From assembly GCA_023920165.1 (NCBI GenBank), contig CP089274.1:5332001-5396000 (forward strand): a stretch of 64,000 nt of DNA. Reading direction: 5' to 3'. Shown here one piece after another: positions 28,231-40,742 of this stretch. Below the pieces are notes generated by a model. That model searched no databases, had not been told where the DNA came from, and was given only the letters and a program-made list of their open reading frames with translations. The stretch comes from Curvularia clavata. Lineage: Eukaryota. How positions within the stretch are numbered: the stretch's first letter is position 1; each line of letters starts with the position of its first letter. A program made the translations under genes and the position numbers.

Positions 28231-28369
28231 GGGTCTTACCGCGACTCGAACGCGGGGCCTCTCGCAAGCAATGCTCGGGAAATCCCTAAGCGAGAATCAT
28301 ACCACTAGACTGTCCAATGTTAGAATTCGAATGTGCTGAATGGTGTGGTGGTTGCTTACCCATAAGACC
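28231..28369 (-). tRNA. tRNA-Pro(AGG), 3 exons (28369-28360, 28309-28284, 28266-28231); 50-nt spliceosomal-type intron plus 17-nt canonical anticodon intron
   Basis: Acceptor stem GGTCTTA/TAAGACC, D arm GTCTAGTGGTATGAT, anticodon stem CTCGC/GCGAG with loop TT-AGG-G/T, T arm CCGCG-TTCGAGT-CGCGG, C discriminator; spliced length 72 nt. Confidence 0.9.
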
Positions 28370-30438
28370 GTTGCTTTGATGAAAGAATGACAAATTTCAA
28401 AAGATATAACCATGTTCAAAAGAAGCAGTACGGTGAGTGCTGAGCAATAGCAAGGATATCTAGCTCTATTGAATCTAGTCATGACACTGAAAGGTGGGGT
28501 TGATACGGCTAAAAGATTTTGTTGGAGCTGAGCTTAGTGGGAGCCACCATTCCTTGCTTGGTAAGATGGCGGCTCAGCTGGAACACTGACGAGTCATTCA
28601 AGGCCACTTACCAAAATAATGCAGAGCTTGAGGCTTTTGAAACGATTGGACAGCTGATAGGAGCATTCGGGGTTGAGGTGATTTTCATAGCGCTCAGGAT
28701 CCAGAGGGTGATGGTGATGGTGAGCACTGTGCTTGCAGATTTTGACATACGATGCATCAGAGATCACGAACTTCTAGTTTTGTCCAGACGTTAAATTCCT
28801 GCTCGACTGAGTTGTATTCTGAACATCCTCTGTAGAAAATATGTAGAAAGTGGGGGTACACTGGAAAGAGAGATAGAACAAGGCCACCGACGCGTTCGTA
28901 TGCTTGCTCCTGAAACAAAACCATTAATAGCTTGTAAAAACACAACTTTACCTACAATTCCATGGTGCCCCTTTTCTGTCCTGTCAGGGTGCACTCACCT
29001 AGAACAGCTCAATTTCCATGTAGAACATGTATCCATTTATCCATCGTGCCTTGTGTGGCCAATGCTCAACCTCAAAACGAATATGCTGACCTTTGGGCTC
29101 AGGATGTGCCTCGGTACAAAAAATCCTCTCGAACCCTTGCGGCCACTCATACCAGAGCAGGCAACAGATCTTTTGCCAATGGCTTGCAGTGTCGACCCAC
29201 CGTGTAATATATCTAGAGAAAAACGGTTTCTACTTCGCACAAGTCCTGTTGATCGCAGTATAGGAACAGGCTAAGATCGACTTCAATGCGCAGAAAATCC
29301 AGCAAAAACCTTCTGATAATATTGGAAGACCACCTTCGAACAATTCAACATCGCGCACCTGGTGCTGCATCATCTTGATAATATCAATCGCATCCATTCT
29401 GGAGATGAGCTCACGAGATGGCCTCGCACGACACAATCCCTTGCGTCACCAAGCACAGAGGGCTGAGGACTTCCTTGCTTAGGCAAGGTTGGTACGCACG
29501 GGAACAACGACAAAACGATATGTCCCAGTCATAATGGCCCCAGAGGCCAAGAAAGTGTGCCCTGACACACCATGCATGCCGAGTTTCCAGCGCCTTGCTA
29601 TGACGATATTGCGCAGAGGCCTGAACTCGGGAAAAGACAGGACCGTGAGGCAGGCTTGCTTCTGGACCACCTCGATATTCGCTATTTGTCGCTTTCTCAT
29701 TAACTCAACGGATGCTCATCACCCGGTGCACTGCTTGTGGTGTATAGAAATGTGACATAATCCAGTTGGGTGTCTAGGGCGCGGATGCCAAGCGTACATA
29801 CTGCGAATAATTGTGCTTCCATTTCGAGGCTGTGTGGATCGTATCACCTAGACATGTCACGGATAGAATAACGTATACAGCAAGACGCCCACCCTTCAGT
29901 CACATGTTACATCGTCACAAGCAAGCTATACGACGATGCAACACGCGCTCGAATCAAAGCGATTACAAGAAAGAGAGGCTGCCGAAATAAAGACGGCGCC
30001 ACTTACGTACCATCATGCACAACACGGTTGAGGCGATCTCCGCAAACTCTTAGGCGCAGCCGTCTCCACCTCCAGCTAACCCCCAATTCCCCAGACACAA
30101 TTCTTCCGCCAATCAAGACCAATCGGAGGCCGAATCATCCTCATTTGCTCTCCGATGAGCACAACGGCCATGCTTTGGTCGGCACGTTCCCGCTAGGCTT
30201 ACGTAGGAAGTATGGCATTTTAACCAATTTAACCAACCAACGAGTGTTTCGATCGCGAACATCAGTGGAGACGCGCCTTGAGCAGGATGCCTTCGTCGAG
30301 CAAGATGTCAAGCATACCGGCTTTTAGTACCGACATGCTCGATTCCTTATAATCGAGCTTTCTTCCTCGCAGGCGTGGTTCAGTAAAGTCGCACAACTGC
30401 ACCAACCGAAGCTTGAGAGAGCTTGCCCGGTCGTCAGG

Positions 30439-32295
30439 ATGTTTTCGAAATTCCCGAAGATATACAATGTCTACTTCTTGGCAATTATTGCCACAATGGG
30501 TGGCATGCTCTTTGGTTTCGATATCTCGTCGATGAGTGCTATCATCCCAACCACTCAATACCTGTAGGTCATTCCCCGAGGACTGATTCCCGAAGTGTTC
30601 TAACAAATTTAGCGACTATTTCGACAACCCATCAGGAGTTGCTCAAGGAGCCATCGGCGCTGCCCTCGCTGCGGGCTCCGTCGTTGGCTCCATCATGGCT
30701 GGCCCAGTTTCCGACAAATTTGGTCGTCGTGATGCTCTGTTGTTTGCCTGTCTCTGGTGGCTCATTGGCACTGCTCTCCAGGTTGCTGTGACCGGAAGAG
30801 GTATGCTGATTGCTGGCCGAGTCCTGAACGGAGTGACTGTTGGTATCACCTCCTCTCAGGTGCCAGTGTACCTTGCAGAGATCTCCAAGCATTCACAGCG
30901 TGGTGCAATCATCATTATTCAGCAACTCGCAATTGAGTGGGGTATCCTTATCATGTCAGTAGAAAAGAGTCTACCGAGAGAGACCAAATTGACCCTTTCA
31001 CAGGTACTTTATTGGTTACGGATGTACATTCATTCCTGGCGAAACAGCATCCTTCCGCACCGCTTGGGGTATCCAGTTCGTTCCTTGCGTCTTGTTCATG
31101 ATCGGATTACCATTTCTCCCGGAGTCTCCCCGATGGCTCGCAAAGGTTGATCGTACCGAAGAAGCGATTCAGGTGCTAGCATCTATCCAAGCCAACGGCA
31201 ATATTGAAGACCCATATGTCGTTGCAGAGTATGAGGAAATCATGACTGTTCTCATCGCTGAGCGCCAAGCACCACCTGGATGGAAGAAGTTTGTTCTCAA
31301 CGGCATGTGGAAGCGAACTCTTGCTGGATTTTCTGTCCAAGCGTGGCAACAGCTGTCTGGAGCAAATGTGCGTCGAATGACCTCCTCCTTTTATTGAATT
31401 GAAGAAACTGACCACAGGAACAGGTTATGACATACTACGTCGTTTACATTTTCGCCATGGCTGGTTTGGAGGGAAACATTAAGCTCATCTCTTCTGGTGT
31501 GCAGTATGCCCTGTTCATCATCTTCTCCTCGATCATGTTCTTCTTTGTCGACAAGTTTGGCCGCAGGACCCTCTTGGTCTGGGGTGCAGTTGCAATGGGA
31601 ATTTGCCATTTTGTAGTTGGCGGAGTCCTTGGCGCCAACTATGAATACGTTCCTGAGGGCGTTGGCGGTGATGCCAACGTCGTTATGAAGGTCACTGGCC
31701 CACCCGCTCACACGGTTATTGCCTTTTCCTATCTCCTGATCATTATTTATGCTCTGACACTGGCACCCATTTGCTGGGTCTACGCCGCAGAGGTCTGGTC
31801 GCTCGAGACGCGTGCCTGGGGTATGGGCATTGCTGCTACTGGTAAGGAAAACCCCGTTTGATCATATTCAGGAAATCTCAATACTGACGTAAATTCCAAG
31901 GTAACTGGCTATTCAACTTTGCCATTGGTCTCTTCATACCGCCTGCGTTCGTGAATATCAAATGGGCGTTGTTCGTTGTTTTTGGCATACTTTGTCTGCT
32001 AGCGGCGACGCAGTTTTTCTTTACATATCCCGAGGTAAGATTATCTACAACTACGAATAAAGTAATGGTTTTGGCTGACTCTTCCAACCAGACTTGTGGC
32101 AAGACACTCGAGGAGGTCGAGATGCTATTTAGCAAGAACGGCCCACCTGCATGGAGAACAAAGAAGGGAAGCGACCATATCGGGCAAAACACAGAAAATG
32201 TTGCGGCTGCTCAAGCCAAGCAAGAGGCACACGCAAGGATTGAGAGAATCGCCAAGAAAGAGAAGGGAGAGACAGCGATGGCCGAGACGGTCTGA
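30439..32295 (+). CDS. MFS sugar porter, Hgt1-like high-affinity hexose transporter, 6 exons
   Basis: GGMLFGFDISS, DKFGRR (twice), PVYLAEIS, PESPRWL, QQLSGANVMTYY and YPETCGKTLEEV motifs. Confidence 0.93.
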
Positions 32296-32558
32296 GCTGT
32301 TAATTTGTGTTAAAAAGTTCTTGATAGTGAGGAAGTGTCGGTGTGGTGGCATTCCTTTAACCGCATCGAACTATATCTCTCATTCAATGACAATTAATCA
32401 TAATTTCCAACAATTTGCTCAATGCGCATGCATACTGCCCATAATTGAATGTCCAAAAACCACTGGCTTCACGCGAATGTTTCCAAGTCAGAGTAGCAAT
32501 TTTAGTACTGGAGGCTTCTTTCGTCATTACCAATGCATATCTAGGCAAGCTCTTAGCC

Positions 32559-35189
32559 TCAATAATCCTCCAAAATCCCCCTCTTCCTCAGTATCTCAAG
32601 AAACCTCTTCTCCTTACACTTCGCCGCCCATTTCTCCCCCTCCCACCTCTCCCACACGCTTCTACTCCGCACATCCGTCCAGTTTTTCTTGTCCGGTGGA
32701 TAATATTCAGCAAGACTCCACTTCCGCACTTTCTCGATGATATCATCTGCTGCTTTGCCCTTTTTCACCGTCATGGACGGCGCTTCGAAGATAGCATCAA
32801 GCAACTCTTCTTCGCTTCTAGCTTGAAGCTGAGCAAGGTAGGCGTGTACTTTGGCCATGCGGGTAGTGGCTGCATTTGGGTGTTCATAACGCGGTTTAGG
32901 GCGGTGGTTAGCGATGCTTCCGGGGTGGATGGAGGGCGAGAGGGTTGATGAGGGAGACAAGATGTCCGCTTCCGAACCGTATTGCGATCCGTCTTCATCA
33001 TCTAAGTTTGGCAACGTGGGGAGTTCTTCGTTGTGAAGGATGGCTTGCTCTACATCCCTGATGTGTTTGCTTTGCATCATGCACTTCCTCTCCAGGCTCG
33101 CTATCTCGACTTGTTTGCGCGCGTTTGTTGCTTTGCTCCTGTCGAATTCTTGTTTCAGTGTTTTGTATACTTGCTCTTGATCCTCCAGCTTCTTGTGCAG
33201 GTTAGCAGCTTCCCAACGTGATTCGTTTTGTATCTCAGTGTGGTAGTATTCAATGTACTGGTCCTTTTCCTGTTCGTTCTTATCAATGCAAGCTTGGAAC
33301 TCCGTACTTCGTTTGTCCAGCTCCAGTTTGCTTTGTTCCGACTCGTCCTTCCATAATTCTGTTTGTAGTTTGGCTTCCTCGGCTTCTTTGCGCAGAACTT
33401 CATTCTCCTCTAACACCTTTTCAAGACGCGACTCAAGCTCCTTCCTCGCCTGCTGAAGTCGTAACTGCTGCTTCCTCACTCCGCTGATATCTTGAATCTT
33501 TTTTTCCGCGGCTTTGCGCTTCTCCAGCTCTTCTTCGTAAAGACCCTCGAATCCCTCTCTATCGTTCTGTAGCGAAATTGGCGGCCTTGTTAAACCTGAT
33601 GGCATCAAAGCTGGGGTCACTAAGACTGGTGCCTGCAAAGCTGATGTTGAGGCGGCTGGTGTCATTGGGCCTGATGTCGTCAAGCCTGTGCTAAATATGC
33701 CTGAGTTCATTGAGCCTAAACTCATTAAACCTGGACTCTGCAGTGCAGCCTCCTGCAACTCTCCTATTCTCGCTTCCACGCCTTTCTTCATGCTTTCGAT
33801 TTCGTATTTCTTATCTTCCATCCGACTCTCCAGGATTTCATGTTTTTGCACAAAATGTCCTAGCAGTTGCCGGGTATTCACCAACAATTTCTTGGTATCA
33901 GCATCATCCGCATAGCTTCGCATAAGACTGTCCATGTCGCTAAGCTCAATGCGTTGTTCACAGGAGCTGGCTTGAGCCCACTTGGTTACGACTTCGCTCA
34001 TGTCGCTCATGAACTTTTGAAACGCTTCGAGCTTCTTGTCGCTCTCTAAAGCTTCGCTGTCTCTCTCCTGGGCATATTCAATGATTTTATCCAACTCCCT
34101 CTGTGTTGTCCTAAGCTTCTTCTGCTTCTCAGCGACTGTTGCTAGAAGCTTTTTGTTCTCTGCTTCTACCGCTTCCATGGACAGCAATCTAGGCTCAAGA
34201 CGATTGCGTGCCTCAATTCTCTCCTCAAGCTCTTTGGTTTTGATGGAAAGCTCATCGTGTTTTTGTCTCCAATCCATTACTATCTTCTCATGAATTTGTA
34301 GTTCGATTTCTGCTCGCTCGTCACGCTCCGTGTTAGCAAGCTCATTTTCCTTGATTCTAGCTTCAAGTTCAGAGTTATGCTGTCGGAGATTGACGATCTC
34401 ATTCTTAGCAATCGCCAATTCTCGCTGTAAATGACCAAGTGTCTCAAGTGTTTTGTCACGCTCAGTGTTTAGTTCTTCAAACTGCTTTCTTAGCTCTTCT
34501 TCCTCGAAACCCCCGTTTCCGCCTGTTCCAGGCCACTCTTTTGCTTCCTGCTTCTTCTGTTCCCAATGAAGAATTTCGGCCACATATTCATCGTTATGAC
34601 TACCAACCGTTTGGGAATCTATCGGGTCAGGACTGCAAGCCCGTGTCTGGCGATCTTCTTCTTTTTGCTCCCATGGCAATTGAGGCAAGTAATCACTTAT
34701 AGGGCTCGCGTCTCGGGAATTCTTGAACATACTAGGGCTGCGCTGAACAGGACTAGCTCGCAAGGAACTAAGCATTGAAAATGCTCTCTGCCTAGAACTG
34801 CTTGAGTAACTGGGCATCTCCACCTTCTCATTCTTTCTCGCTTTTGAGGCTTTTGTAGGTGCAGCGTAACTAGATGAACTATTGCGTGACCGAGGTTTTC
34901 GAACATGGTGATCACCTTCAAACTCTTCGTCAATGACACTGCCATTTCGAGATTTTTCTTGCGCATTCCCATTTTGGCGCTCTTCCTTCTCCATTGCATG
35001 CGCTTCTCTAGGCTTGGTGTCCTCGATGCTGAATTGCAACGTCGGTCGTCGCCCTGTCCCATCGTTGCTCGTGCTTGGTAAGTCCGTCGACTCCCCGTTC
35101 TCCAAGGAAATGCTCATTTTAGTATTATGTTTACTCAAAAAGTTTCTATGAGGCGGTTTTCCAATGGTGGTTGAACTGGGGCACTTCAT
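32559..35189 (-). CDS. Uncharacterised long coiled-coil protein (start may be the Met at 35114)
   Basis: 876-codon intronless ORF; E/K/Q-rich heptad segments; no family recognised. Confidence 0.75.
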   Translation of the reverse strand: MKCPSSTTIGKPPHRNFLSKHNTKMSISLENGESTDLPSTSNDGTGRRPTLQFSIEDTKPREAHAMEKEERQNGNAQEKSRNGSVIDEEFEGDHHVRKPRSRNSSSSYAAPTKASKARKNEKVEMPSYSSSSRQRAFSMLSSLRASPVQRSPSMFKNSRDASPISDYLPQLPWEQKEEDRQTRACSPDPIDSQTVGSHNDEYVAEILHWEQKKQEAKEWPGTGGNGGFEEEELRKQFEELNTERDKTLETLGHLQRELAIAKNEIVNLRQHNSELEARIKENELANTERDERAEIELQIHEKIVMDWRQKHDELSIKTKELEERIEARNRLEPRLLSMEAVEAENKKLLATVAEKQKKLRTTQRELDKIIEYAQERDSEALESDKKLEAFQKFMSDMSEVVTKWAQASSCEQRIELSDMDSLMRSYADDADTKKLLVNTRQLLGHFVQKHEILESRMEDKKYEIESMKKGVEARIGELQEAALQSPGLMSLGSMNSGIFSTGLTTSGPMTPAASTSALQAPVLVTPALMPSGLTRPPISLQNDREGFEGLYEEELEKRKAAEKKIQDISGVRKQQLRLQQARKELESRLEKVLEENEVLRKEAEEAKLQTELWKDESEQSKLELDKRSTEFQACIDKNEQEKDQYIEYYHTEIQNESRWEAANLHKKLEDQEQVYKTLKQEFDRSKATNARKQVEIASLERKCMMQSKHIRDVEQAILHNEELPTLPNLDDEDGSQYGSEADILSPSSTLSPSIHPGSIANHRPKPRYEHPNAATTRMAKVHAYLAQLQARSEEELLDAIFEAPSMTVKKGKAADDIIEKVRKWSLAEYYPPDKKNWTDVRSRSVWERWEGEKWAAKCKEKRFLEILRKRGILEDY

Positions 35190-38100
35190 ATCACTCAGCT
35201 TGAAAACACTTAGGAATCTTTGTCATGATCAGCCACAGCACCCAGATTCTTTATTCTTTCATTGATTATGTCTTGAAAGCTGTTCTGGCATTGTCGTATA
35301 CAGATCCACATACGTATCGTATGGGTCTTGTTAAAGTCATTGTTTCGTGTTTCTTGAACGTGGGGCACATCTTTGTTGGATCACCTAAGACAAACCCTAG
35401 GCCCCTAAACGGATGGAAAGAGGTTCCAATACCTGACTGCCGCTTGGCATCTACAATCGTTGAGTGCTGGTGAAGAGTGATTGTTTCTAATAACTATGAC
35501 TGGCACTTTGACCTCAGCCTAGTATCTACCTGAGACAAGAAAAACGTATTCCAACCATGTTCCGTTTGTCAAAAGAGTACCTGGTGAACTTAAATCTGAT
35601 TAGGATCGCCGCATTCCGGTCAAGTCCAATACTCCCATTTCGCTAAGCTGAAAGAGCACCATTTCCCAGATCAAGTCTGGGAGCTCCTACCGCAAGCGCT
35701 CGACGAATGAAAGCTAGAGAAGTGCGACGTTAGTGGTACAGCATGCTATTGCGCCACCAGCTTCACAGAAAAACGTAGCACAGACCTAGCCAGCTGAATG
35801 ATGGAGAGTACCACTTGAGAATCCCATTGATCTGAAGAGAGCGATGAGCATACTCGAGCCACACTGGAGAATAGCACATGGCGTAGATGAGAAGGTAAAT
35901 GTGAACACAAACCCCCAAAAGGTCAAAGGCTAGGATCTCGGCCGAGAACAGAGTGAACAAGTGGCGCACGACGCCAGCCTTTGATGAGCTGTAGGATCCC
36001 TCGCTGACCACAGACCAAGTATTCGCTAAACTTGCACGTGTTGTGACATGTTCTTGTCGACGGGGTGCGCCTAGATCTTCGCCTGTTCTTCTTGACCTGA
36101 TCCACTACCTGTGACAAGTGCGCTGATGTACTGAGCACCGCCTCCGTCGTTTCAAATGAACGTTTTGCAACAGCATTGCCGTATTCCTTGGAAGCCCTCA
36201 ACTGGTTAAATGGTTGAGTGGACTATGTCTCTTGAACTGGCTCCAAGCAGTTGATGGCGATTGGCCATGAGGTGATCCATGTCTGTAGTGAAATCGTGTG
36301 ACCACTGCATATATAGCCCCAAAGTAAAAGGCGATAGTCTGGGCGGGAATCTCACGGGACGGTGGGTTGACCCTACCGCAACCGTTGGCCTACTGCGAGG
36401 TGCTCTGGTAGGGTACCATTGCCGAGCCGCCGAAGTTGAAGCGCATGTGCTTGATGCGGAACACAACCTTATCCGTGGGGCATATTGTGTTGCCTGATAG
36501 GCTTAAGCCCGTCTCCTTGACGCGGCCGTTGTCACCCTGCGAGTAGAAATGGGCTGGCGCTGAAGCTTACAGGCCACAGCGCATCAGACGATGTTAGCGA
36601 CAACAACCAGACTATTGACGGCACTTCGTGTCCTGAGAATGTCCCATGGTAGGAATTCTGGTCAAGTGGGGCAAATCGTTTGAATCATCCCTCACATGAA
36701 GGAAGAGGACCACGCTGGTGTTAGTTGGTTGGAAAGTGCAGCTATTGGCTCGTCCTTCGCTCTGATTACGATTCATCGGTCGATTTGGAGAAACGTGGCC
36801 ACTGACATGAGCCAGAACGATATGCGCAGAGTCAGTGACGGGAAGAGCCGGTGGTGAACGTACTTCAAGCTCTGCTAGTGCTCGCGCGACATCTGAATCT
36901 TGGGGGTGTAAACTGGAAGCTTAGCGACGCCTGATGACCATAGAATATTACCAACTCGAGTACATTGAATCAAAAAGAGTGTGGCTGATTGTTGATGGTG
37001 ACAACCTCAACTGGATGCTTGTGCGCCTAGAGGTTCCCTGAACACATCTGGATCGATAGCCTGCAGGAGCAAAACATGATGAAGTTTCTAGCAGATCTGC
37101 CATATGCCCTTGGAGCACCGTGTCAGAGCAACAGCCATTAGCTTGGCTTGTTTGCTACTGGTATTGAATTCACCGGTCAAAACGTGCATACCCAAATCCG
37201 ACAAACCACGTCAATCCCCCTGATTCAGAGTTGTGCTGAAAGTGGTCTTATCCAGAGAAGTTTCGCGCTTGTTCAGGCCAATCGAGAAATGGCTTTGAAG
37301 CTCGATCAAACCGGGTCGCACAAGGTTGAGACTGTTTGACTGACATGCCGAAACGGTGCTAGTATGCATTCCGGAGAGAAATCTACAGGGAGCGCATATC
37401 GGCACGATCGTCCGGAAGCAACCGATCACTTTGCTGCATGCATTCAACGTGGAGGGCCTGAGCTAGCTGTCCGTTTCCTGTCGTCAGATCACATCGAGAG
37501 TTGGATTACCCGAACGAGCTTGCCCCAGAAGCCATTAACGCAGGAAATCTGGCGTTAATCGCCGCGAACGGACAAGGTCGATGGGATTATTGTGGGCTGG
37601 AGCGGTGATCTGGCTACTCAGCCTTGCTGTAGTGGCGCACTGTGACCAGACTGTTGGAAATGCTGTGCTGGTCCTTTGTCAAGCTATTGCAAGCGTAAAC
37701 AGCAACAAGTGTATCGTATTCAAGAGCCAGGTGGATTGAGGTTTCCCAAGAATCCATTGTATATACATGTTAGCACACAAAGGAGATATTAGGGACGATG
37801 GTGTTGTGCTCCGGCCTGGCAGGTATGACCAGCTGTCAGGGTTTTGGCATACATAAGATGCAGCTATCCGTAAGGAGCACATTAACCCAAGCTACCAAGT
37901 AATGGAAGCACCAAGTTCATTCTGACCAACCATCTTTAACCCGAGAAAAGATTGAGGTAATGCACCCTTCATGTTACTGGTATCTAAGGCAGGGGGATGA
38001 TCAGTGCCAGAGCTGCAATTGGTGTGTGTGTGAGATGCAGCCCGTGACCTGATGGATCACAACAACCCCATGGCTCCAACAGCTAAAGATACCAGCAAGT

Positions 38101-39125
38101 GTGGCTTACGATGGGGAGCGCCAAATGCACATGACTGCTGCAAGCCATGTTGAATCCCTGTCAAGCTTGGTAGACACGCCCTCAAGCTGGGTGAACGTTA
38201 TGAAAGGGCGTCCTAATTTGGCGTAGTTCCCGCTGAGAGCTATTCAGTGTGGAGGGGCTGAGGGTTATTTCCCACCCCGCTGGACAGTAGACGCGAGATG
38301 CTGAGCTTCGAAACGTGAACGGACCAGAGGGCTAAGTTTTGCGCCATCATGTGTGTACTGAATCAGGTGGGAAGCTCGTAGTCTAAAAACAGCGTGACTC
38401 CTCAGTGCGGCAAGGGTGCCAACACCAATCCGGTCGTCTCTTTGTCCATGTCGAGACCAAGATACAACACACTGTAAGTGAGCAGTCGAACTCGAGGTTG
38501 AGTAGTCGCTACAAATACCAACTCACGACTGACCTAAGACAAAGAATCCTCCCCGGTTGATTTGACCTTCTTCACAATTTGCGCGAGCTCTGCCTTCGCC
38601 ACAAGAGGTAACGGGCCAGAACACCACGGACCTGACACTACAGCTCTCTGTCTCAGTTGCCGTTGGGCACCGTGCTGCTACCGGATTTGCTTGTATACGC
38701 ATCAAAGCATTGAGCCGGTGAGAAGCGGGTAACTGCAACAGGTTCGTTCCCTGACTGCTTTGCGGACTGCTATGCAACATTGCGATATAGCAAACCCAAG
38801 ACGAAGCAACATGTTATCTGCGGTTACTGACCTATGTGCAGCGACACAACAGGAACACACTCTTTTGACTGGAAGAACCTGGGACAATCCAGAACTAGTG
38901 ACAGCCTCTTGGGCAGCTTTTCTCAGCCACTGAAACATTTTGACTGCAGAACAGAGACACACCTTTGGTCCATTGGTGATTTCCCTGTCTAGAGATCGAT
39001 CGCTGTTGGTTCCACTTTTGTACTGAGTTGAGAGGCGGGAACAAAGCAGAGGGAGCAGCGCATTCGCCCACGACCTCCACTATCACAACGACTAACATCA
39101 TCTTCGTGCCTTGATCCTTCTTAAG

Positions 39126-40742
39126 ATGAGGGACGGCACGCTCATCCAACAACATCCTCCCACTCCGCCAAATGCTGGGGCAGAGTACCAGGCTGGACTT
39201 CAGCAAGTTGCGCAATATAACGCAGATCGCTCCTATTCATTCGAGACAGAGTACGGCTCCCCAGGCTCGGTGGCGTACCAAGGCAACCCTTCGCGCCCGT
39301 CACATGCGGATGAGTACGGCCGAGGGCTTGGAATTAGTATACAATATGTGAGTCGTCCGGCATTTTTCCAGCACGGAGATGCTAATCAACCCCCAGGATG
39401 GCTATGGCCCGCCAACTGAATATCGCCATAGCGGCTCATATGTGAGTGAATCTCAGTTTGGGCAAATGGTAGTATGACTAATGGATAGCAGAACGATCAA
39501 GCTCCGTTCTCCCCACCAACACCGAGATCTGCGAACGGCGACGAGCCCAATCGAAGAGTCACTCGTAGCGGACGAAAAGTGACTACGCCCAACTCCCCCA
39601 AAGCAGCCGAAGCACGACAGCGACCAAGACCTAAGGGGAATTCCAGAAAAGCGAAGGCGGCAAAGGGCGACAAGAAGATACCGAAGCTGACGGCGCCGTT
39701 GAGCGTACTGACGAAAGATCTTCATGATGTCCCGATCAAGAACATGGAAGAATGGGTAAACAGGCCGATGGATGTCCGAAGGCGCGAAGCGGAAAAGAGG
39801 AACGGATACATTACTCGTCCCATGAATTCATTCATGTTGTACCGGTCGGCGTTCGCGGAAAGGGCCAAGTCATGGTGCTTGCAGAACAACCATCAAATCG
39901 TGTCGACGGTGGCTGGTGAAAGCTGGCCTCTTGAGCCACCAGAGATCAGGGAGCTCTACAACGAGTATGCGAAGCTAGAAAGGATCAACCACCAAAATGC
40001 ACACCCCACATACAAGTTCTCGCCAAGCAAGACGGCTGTTCCAATTAAGCGGAGGACTGAGTGGTCAGAAGACGAAGAGCCTAGCGATTCGGACGATGCC
40101 GAGTGGACTTCAGGTGCTAGAAGGCCACCTCCTCGGCCGACTAAACATATCAACCGCTCGAGCAGTTATCCATCAAGTGGAGTTGGTCCAGATCACTTTG
40201 ATGGAGCATTCGGACCCAACCCAAATGGTGTCAACAAATCCACATGGGACATGGCGAACAACAGAAGACCTTTGCCGATGCTCACACCGATGAGTCAGAA
40301 CGATGTCCACAGCCATTATTTCGAGCCTGGACCCTACCCAGTCCTACGCTACAGCCCAAACTTCCCAACTGACATGTACATGACAAAGTTGCTGGACGCC
40401 CCAACCCCCTTGGTCCAGTTACAATCGAACCCATTGATGATTGGATTGCCTAGGGGTAACGCAAATGACCAACTCCTAGAGCTTCATCCCAACGTGTGTA
40501 CGTCCGTTGATGAGGAGCAGGTGGATCCAACCCTACTGGCATATGGAGACAATCATTCTGAAATTGATCCGACGTCTCTCCCACATGGTCAGACATCCCT
40601 GCAAGAAGCGGTCGCCCAACACAATCTCGATGACTTGCTGGTTTTCCAGACTGATGACTGTGACTACCAGGCTTGGCAGTCTGATCCGACCTTGGCAACC
40701 TTTGAACCGGAGTCTGAGTTTGATAAGTGGTTAGCTGATTAA
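39126..40742 (+). CDS. HMG-box transcription factor (MATA/SOX-type box), about 3 exons
   Basis: ITRPMNSFMLYR...VAGESWPLEPPEIRELYNEYAKLERINHQNAHPTYKFSP; two GTGAGT introns restore frame from the ATG at 39126. Confidence 0.88.

Noticed and set aside
28500..29760. Short ORF fragments as a gene or transposon relic
   Set aside because: No recognisable domain, terminal repeats or consistent frame
35500..39000. Genes in the long region upstream of the HMG factor
   Set aside because: Only short ORFs with no motifs; consistent with extended regulatory or intergenic DNA
39126..40742. HMG-box gene as mating-type MAT1-2-1
   Set aside because: No intron inside the HMG box and none of the usual MAT-flanking genes in the window; better read as a non-MAT HMG factor
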